Assembly (NCBI GenBank): GCA_016839765.1 | Contig: JAEOTP010000012.1 | Span: 64,001 to 128,000 of the forward strand | Origin: Promethearchaeota archaeon | Lineage (GTDB): Archaea > Asgardarchaeota > Lokiarchaeia > Sigyniarchaeales > SOKP01 | DNA length: 64,000 nt | Direction of reading: 5' to 3' | Shown: piece by piece, positions 58,405 to 64,000 of the stretch | Layout of the letters: the number at the start of each line of letters is the position of its first letter | Position numbering within the stretch: position 1 is the stretch's first letter | Made by a program: the position numbers and the translations under genes | Notes under the pieces: model-generated | What the model saw: only the letters and a program-made list of their open reading frames with translations | Database searches by the model: none | Told to the model about the DNA's origin: nothing

Positions 58405-61400
58405 TTATTCACCTCCTCTGTTGTTTGTACTATTATCTATCACTTTAGGAATCTTATCTTTTTCCTGATCTAGTTTTGTTAACTGTTCTTTTAGTGTATT
58501 TTCGATTTTAAGAATTGATTCTCGCGGTCCTTTTTTAAAAAGCACCATCTCACTTCTTTGAATTTCATGCTTCTTTGTTCTATATTTACGAGTCCGCCAG
58601 AGAAAGTATGTCAAAATTAATAATGAAACCAAAGAGGGAATAAAAATGAAATAAACTTGAATTCTCGTAGGAATTATAATCTTTACATTAATTTGGTTTG
58701 AAATTTCTTTAGTTTTTGATAAAAAATAATAATCTATACTTGCTGGTTTTAAGGTAACTAGTGATTGAGTTTTTGATTTAATTTTATATGAAATCGATAT
58801 ATTTTCATTAGCTTCAAGATGGTCAATCATTTTAATTAAATTCCCTTCAATAAGCTTAAATTCTATTTGATTAAAACTAATTATGTCACTTAATGTAACA
58901 TTTTTTATACAAATTGTTCCTGTATTTACAACAGTAACGTTTACCGTAATAATATCTCCAACTTCTATTTGATTTTGGCTCACAGATTTAGAGATTAAGA
59001 ATGAAATGTTTCCTAACACAATTGGAGTTGAAGATAAAATTTGAAAGATTCTGTTATCTTTATTATCAATATAAGCAATAGAAGGATAATAATACCCTTT
59101 CCACTCATTCTTTTTTAAAGTAAAATTGAGAGTCCTTATATTATTAAATTCAATATTTTTAAGACTCAAGGAATGGTTAGGACTAGCATAAATAAGATCA
59201 CCAAACTGATCCCCTAGAGTAAAATTAATTTCCTCTATAGAAAAAGTAGATGGTCCGACATTTTTTAAGTTTAGAGATAAATTAAATAAATCTCCAATTG
59301 AGGGTGCCAAGTTTGAGGAGTTGAGATAAATCTCTAGAGCATGAACAAAAGGAAAATAATCATAATAATCAACTAAGGCAGATAAATAGACTTCATTAGG
59401 TTTTGCATTTAGCTCACTACTATTAAGATTAGCAATTAACTGGGTATCCTTGTAAATAATTACGGTGGAAAATATGGACTCAGAATTAGGGACGTAGAAC
59501 GTGAAACTAATCTCTTTTTCTTCTAATGGGGCAAGTTTAGGTAAGAAATAGTTTAAATAATTATCTTTGATAGTAAAATTATTATTATCTTGTATGATCC
59601 CTGGAATTAAGATCGAAATATTTACATCTTGGGCAATATTGGTACCTATATTTTGAAAATGTAACGTATATGTATTCAAATCCCCCACTCTTAAATTATA
59701 ATTACTTAATTGCGAAAATGCTATGATGGAACTCATATTATGAGTGCTAAGTGAAATAGAATTAGATCTTTTAACATATTGAACATTACCTGTCATTGAT
59801 GAGTATAATATTCTTGAACCTTGCCCTTTATATTCGTTTATATCCCGATAAGAAAAATGAATATTAAAGTCATTAATTGAAACATTAAATACATTTGAAT
59901 CCATTCCTCTTATTTTAACAATAATAGTATAATTATTTGGAGCATATGGGTCAAAAATCCAATCTAATTTTCCATTTTTATTTGTAAAGGAGAAGGTAGA
60001 AGTATCATTTACACTAGAAGTTAGAAAAGGCTCAAGATCTTGATACTGTTCAATGGAATAATTAAAGATTTCAAAATTTAATAAGTTTAAGGGGTCTGTA
60101 TAATTTATCGTAATTGATATACTTTCCAAAGTATAATTAATTAAATCTATATTAGTTAGATTTTGAAAAAGGAAACTAACCTCCAATTCATGCTGATTAA
60201 TATATTTCTCTTCTGATTCTATAATCCAACTTTCATTATCATTAGTTAATGCCATATAAGGATTTGTATCCATAATCGAAAATCCAGAAATTATAGCAGG
60301 TAAATTTGGAAAGGATTCCTTAATTGTAAAGTTATATTGATAGAATTCAGTATATGAATCAAAAGCATCTACTGAAAAATTAGAATAAATATATGAAATC
60401 TTTTCTCCTGGTTTTAATTTCCAGTTTTCCTCATTCCAAATACTATAAGTATTTGTAAAAAGTTCTTGTAATTCATCTAGTTCAAATAATAATAAATCAT
60501 CGTAAATAGAATTAGTAGTGAAGGTATCAGCCAAAACGTCATCAGCATTTTTATTGTAGGGCCATAAATTTGAAATATTGTTTATGTTTGGATAATATCT
60601 ATCAATTAATCCTAAACCTTGAGTATCAAAATAAAAGATCCGTGGATCTTTATCATAATTAAAAAAATCTTCTAAAGAATGGTATTGGTTTGGATATAAT
60701 TTATTTACTGAATCCCACAAGTCATCTTTAAAATCATTAGCATCAACTAATGGGTATGTGATAATACTAAGAATATCATCAAGATTTAAAGGAAATCGCG
60801 TTGGAACACCCCAACATGTTTCGTTTCCAATGTTCTCTGCAGTGATATTAAATGAAAAATCTTTAAATACTCCGAATGAAGCATTTTCATTTACTAATTC
60901 CTTTTTAATCATTATATTAGGTTCAGATGTATTGATAAGATAAGTTACAATAAAGTCTTGGATTGGGTCGAATATTCCAGTCGGAATACCTGGAAGACCT
61001 TGAACTCCCAAAATGGGCAAGAAATTAATAAAATCAGTAGAATCGTCTAAATTTACAGGTTTAATATAGTTTTGTTTTATTCCACCTTTATCAACCCAAA
61101 ACAATTCAAAAGTATAGTCTCTTACAGTATCTAGATCGAAATCAACACCCGCATAAAATAATATCAATTCTATTTGCTCTAATAAAAAATCATATAAATC
61201 AAAATACTTGGGGGTGGCATCAATAATATCAGTACATAATATAGTAATATCTATTTCACTCATAAAAGCTCCTGCTAATGCTATGAATATTTTCTCACTT
61301 GGCCGCAATGCATCTCCACTATAATTTAATGCATTCCATAAATTAAAGCTATATTGGTTTATACCATCCTTCTGAATAGCTTCCTCTAAACCTTCATATT

Positions 61401-62358
61401 GTATCATTAAACTTGTGTAATGCGACTTATTTGATAATGATAAAATATTGAAGAATTCACTAAATTCTTCAACATCCTCTTGTGAAATCGTTTGGTTATC
61501 TCCTATAAATTGTGAGAGATTACCAAAAATCGTTTCAAAATCGATATTTGTAAACTCTTCAAAGAGATTTTCAATTTCTAAGCTATAAATAAACGATAAA
61601 TCTAATGAGTCTAAATTAAAATTTACTTGATTTATTGATTCAAAAAGTTCTTTCTCAAAGAAATCTAATGAATTTAATAGGAAGTATGTAGAGGAAATAT
61701 GATGATTCATTAAATATTCTTCACTTGTTAATCGGTTGACATCTAAAGCCTTCCAATATCCATCCATTGGTAAATTGGTTGTTAATTCATGTAAGAAAAT
61801 CCCCCAATCTGGATAATATCCGATGAAAGGGAAGAAATTTGGTTCTGAAACGTTTATCATAATTAAGTCAATCTCAAATTTTCTTCTAATTATTTCAAGG
61901 GCTCTATCAGCTCTCATTTTTGCATCATCTTCATCGAGTTCCTCATCATAATAGAGAAAACCGGAGAAACCATTAAAACTCATTTCGTATTGATTAGAAA
62001 ATCCATTTTCATTTAAAACTCTGGGAAATATGCTTGGAGTAATGCCATTTGATGCGCTGAATAAAAGATTACACTGATAAAAAGCTGGATCTCGGAGATC
62101 GAAATGAGGTAATATATTAGTATCATTAGTAAAAAGAGACTGCTTAATTATTGATTTGTTGCCTGCGACAAACGCATTAATTTTTTCAGCGTATAAATCA
62201 GTGCCAGCAACATCAGCTGTTTTTAATGCATTATCTTCTGAAACATTATCAGAGGTTTCTTTAAAACTTAAATTTGAAAAATTTACAATTAAAATTGGAT
62301 TAAAAACCATAATTAAGATGCAGATAATTAAGACTTTTCTAACAATATTTTTAAACAT
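58405..62358 (-). CDS. Giant surface glycoprotein with DUF11/CARDB-like Ig domains and C-terminal membrane anchor
   Basis: Signal peptide. Four GD/(F)xxTxxxxNxG repeats (e.g. ISKSVSQNQIEVGDIITVNVTVVNTG), many sequons, TM VYFIFIPSLVSLLILTYFLW plus basic tail. Confidence 0.8.
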   Translation of the reverse strand: MFKNIVRKVLIICILIMVFNPILIVNFSNLSFKETSDNVSEDNALKTADVAGTDLYAEKINAFVAGNKSIIKQSLFTNDTNILPHFDLRDPAFYQCNLLFSASNGITPSIFPRVLNENGFSNQYEMSFNGFSGFLYYDEELDEDDAKMRADRALEIIRRKFEIDLIMINVSEPNFFPFIGYYPDWGIFLHELTTNLPMDGYWKALDVNRLTSEEYLMNHHISSTYFLLNSLDFFEKELFESINQVNFNLDSLDLSFIYSLEIENLFEEFTNIDFETIFGNLSQFIGDNQTISQEDVEEFSEFFNILSLSNKSHYTSLMIQYEGLEEAIQKDGINQYSFNLWNALNYSGDALRPSEKIFIALAGAFMSEIDITILCTDIIDATPKYFDLYDFLLEQIELILFYAGVDFDLDTVRDYTFELFWVDKGGIKQNYIKPVNLDDSTDFINFLPILGVQGLPGIPTGIFDPIQDFIVTYLINTSEPNIMIKKELVNENASFGVFKDFSFNITAENIGNETCWGVPTRFPLNLDDILSIITYPLVDANDFKDDLWDSVNKLYPNQYHSLEDFFNYDKDPRIFYFDTQGLGLIDRYYPNINNISNLWPYNKNADDVLADTFTTNSIYDDLLLFELDELQELFTNTYSIWNEENWKLKPGEKISYIYSNFSVDAFDSYTEFYQYNFTIKESFPNLPAIISGFSIMDTNPYMALTNDNESWIIESEEKYINQHELEVSFLFQNLTNIDLINYTLESISITINYTDPLNLLNFEIFNYSIEQYQDLEPFLTSSVNDTSTFSFTNKNGKLDWIFDPYAPNNYTIIVKIRGMDSNVFNVSINDFNIHFSYRDINEYKGQGSRILYSSMTGNVQYVKRSNSISLSTHNMSSIIAFSQLSNYNLRVGDLNTYTLHFQNIGTNIAQDVNISILIPGIIQDNNNFTIKDNYLNYFLPKLAPLEEKEISFTFYVPNSESIFSTVIIYKDTQLIANLNSSELNAKPNEVYLSALVDYYDYFPFVHALEIYLNSSNLAPSIGDLFNLSLNLKNVGPSTFSIEEINFTLGDQFGDLIYASPNHSLSLKNIEFNNIRTLNFTLKKNEWKGYYYPSIAYIDNKDNRIFQILSSTPIVLGNISFLISKSVSQNQIEVGDIITVNVTVVNTGTICIKNVTLSDIISFNQIEFKLIEGNLIKMIDHLEANENISISYKIKSKTQSLVTLKPASIDYYFLSKTKEISNQINVKIIIPTRIQVYFIFIPSLVSLLILTYFLWRTRKYRTKKHEIQRSEMVLFKKGPRESILKIENTLKEQLTKLDQEKDKIPKVIDNSTNNRGGE

Positions 62359-62376
62359 CTTTTAATATATTACCTC

Positions 62377-63990
62377 TTACATTGTTTCTCTGTAAATATC
62401 CACAATCTTTTTCTTACGGACTTTCCTCAATAAAATTTTCATTCCAATCAATGTTGCGATAATTGAAACTAAATATATAGTTATCATATTGCTTAAGGGG
62501 AATATCGGATTATTAGGTAAATTACTCAATACATTTATTGAAGATGATAATAATAATCCTGTTGCCCAGCCCACAATGACCCCCACAGTCCCACTACTTA
62601 ACATAATAATTAATGCTTCTATTGTAAATAAATGATTAATCTGTTTTCCTTTTAAACCTAAAGTTCGGATAATGCCTATTTCCTTCTTTCTTTCTATAAT
62701 AGTAGAATATGAAGATGATAATAAGCCAAATAAGGAAATAATGATCGTTGCATCAAGCGTTATTGTAAAAAATATATCTAATATTGAAAAAAATGATGTT
62801 TGTAAAATAACAGTTCTTTTAAGGTTAGTAACTTCGAAATCATAATCTCTTTCAAAATCATCTTCTATTAATTCCTCTATTGTCTGTGATGTTCCCAAGT
62901 CATTTGATCTTAATTTAATAAAAATTTTATCAACATAAGGGATGGGAGGTATATCCATAATATCGAGATAATTACTATGCGAAATCATAACTCCTCCCAT
63001 ACGAGCAGTTGAACTTGATCTACCAAAATATTCAGAAAATCCTGGCATACTCGCAGCAATACCAACTATTTGAAAGGTATATATTTCACTTTCTTCTCCT
63101 CTTTGCATAAATAAACTGATAAAATTATTTATTGTTAAATCCAAATTTACAGATAATCCTTCTGAAATAATACAAGTATACCCCTTATTAATATCAAATA
63201 ATTGATTAAAAGAATCGTCAATCCCTCCCTTTGTAAGTTCAATATAATTAGTATTTATTGTAGATGTGAATTCCTCATCGATTCCTAATAGAGTAACTTC
63301 TTGTGTAAATAACCCAATATAATCTCCTATTTCTACTGTGAATTCTTTATCCACTTCTGAATATATCTGAGTAAGATGAGAGGGACTTGCAATAACACTT
63401 GAAACTTTTTCAATACCCTCAATACCAAGTAAAACTTCTTCAAAATCAGTAGTAAGAATTCTTGTAGTGTCTATTGGATATTCAGTCGTTTGAGATTGAA
63501 TCATAATATCTTGAGAATAACAAATTTCATTCGAACCTTGAATAATAGCTTGGATACCAAAAGGACCTCCTCCTTGATCCAATCCCTCTTTTTCTTCCCA
63601 ACCTGTAGTTTCAATAACTAAATCTGATCCATATGATAAATTTGCTCCCATTTCAACTTGACTAGTAAGAAATTGAATTGCAGCTGCTGTAAAAATGACA
63701 AAAGAGAATGTAAAAGCAAAAGTAATAGTAGTGGTGGCATTTCTTCTTGCATAACGAAATATAAATATTCTATACACAGGAGCTAATTTCTTAGAAAATA
63801 GACGAAATACTTGAATAAAGAATCTTAAAACTAAAGGCATTAATCCCAATCCCGCTAAAGTAGTTCCAATAAGAAACACTATTAAAAGGGCAATTAAAGT
63901 CCCAGCTATTAAAGACATGTCTGCTGAAATTAATATTCTTGGAATTATTAAAAGCACAAAAGCGCCATTTGCTGCTAATATAACTCCCAC
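62377..63990 (-). CDS. FtsX/MacB-type ABC transporter permease, C-terminal half (N-terminus beyond the window end)
   Basis: RYARRNATT, YGSDLVI, ERKKEIGIIRTLG and IVDIYRETM. Paralogous to the 50684-53659 protein (IMDIFRQTF). Confidence 0.88.
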   Translation of the reverse strand: MGVILAANGAFVLLIIPRILISADMSLIAGTLIALLIVFLIGTTLAGLGLMPLVLRFFIQVFRLFSKKLAPVYRIFIFRYARRNATTTITFAFTFSFVIFTAAAIQFLTSQVEMGANLSYGSDLVIETTGWEEKEGLDQGGGPFGIQAIIQGSNEICYSQDIMIQSQTTEYPIDTTRILTTDFEEVLLGIEGIEKVSSVIASPSHLTQIYSEVDKEFTVEIGDYIGLFTQEVTLLGIDEEFTSTINTNYIELTKGGIDDSFNQLFDINKGYTCIISEGLSVNLDLTINNFISLFMQRGEESEIYTFQIVGIAASMPGFSEYFGRSSSTARMGGVMISHSNYLDIMDIPPIPYVDKIFIKLRSNDLGTSQTIEELIEDDFERDYDFEVTNLKRTVILQTSFFSILDIFFTITLDATIIISLFGLLSSSYSTIIERKKEIGIIRTLGLKGKQINHLFTIEALIIMLSSGTVGVIVGWATGLLLSSSINVLSNLPNNPIFPLSNMITIYLVSIIATLIGMKILLRKVRKKKIVDIYRETM

Positions 63991-64000
63991 AATAACTAAC

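Noticed and set aside
390-62365. Short opposite-strand or alternative-frame ORFs in the track (e.g. 390-611, 2950-3168, 5311-5568, 6816-7058, 16947-17189, 18222-18464, 19124-19603, 27212-27661, 31843-32145, 52533-52940, 57075-57392)
   Set aside because: They overlap well-supported genes, lack motifs and show the Ser/Ile/Phe-rich composition of antisense shadows.
1-64000. CRISPR arrays, rRNA, transposases, selenoprotein/SECIS or stop-codon readthrough
   Set aside because: No regularly spaced repeats, rRNA-like stretch, transposase motifs or UGA/UAG-interrupted conserved ORFs were seen.

Overview
Very AT-rich, gene-dense archaeal chromosomal DNA. Gene content points to an Asgard archaeon, most likely Lokiarchaeia (inference): archaeal uS15/eS1, NOP2/NIP7, an intron-containing tRNA and several eukaryotic-signature proteins. 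The centre holds an ESCRT cluster (Vps22/36-like, Vps25-like, Vps4, Vps2/24/46-like ESCRT-III; 16.96-20.7 kb), followed within 5 kb by a Rab-like GTPase and a Zn-ribbon protein with a DENN-like core. Two longin/roadblock proteins lie further on. Other content: sugar and amino-sugar metabolism (glgP, SIS protein, two NDP-sugar synthases, PfkB kinase, pgk, GH20, GH2), a nickel-pincer cluster (larB, larC, nikR with a His-rich insertion), a face-to-face-type histone, tRNA-Gly(GCC) and tRNA-Val(GAC) with a 17-nt D-loop intron. The right end carries a >13 kb operon of two FtsX/MacB-type permeases flanking a giant DUF11-like surface protein and a membrane-spanning subtilase with a cytoplasmic Cys8 zinc-finger tail. 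The best candidates for undescribed systems are this permease/protease operon, the ESCRT-Rab-DENN-like neighbourhood, and a membrane-anchored FN3 protein with a possible beta-pore-forming-like domain inserted between nop2 and nip7. No CRISPR array, rRNA, transposase or integrase was seen. All family calls come from motif recognition by eye, not database searches.
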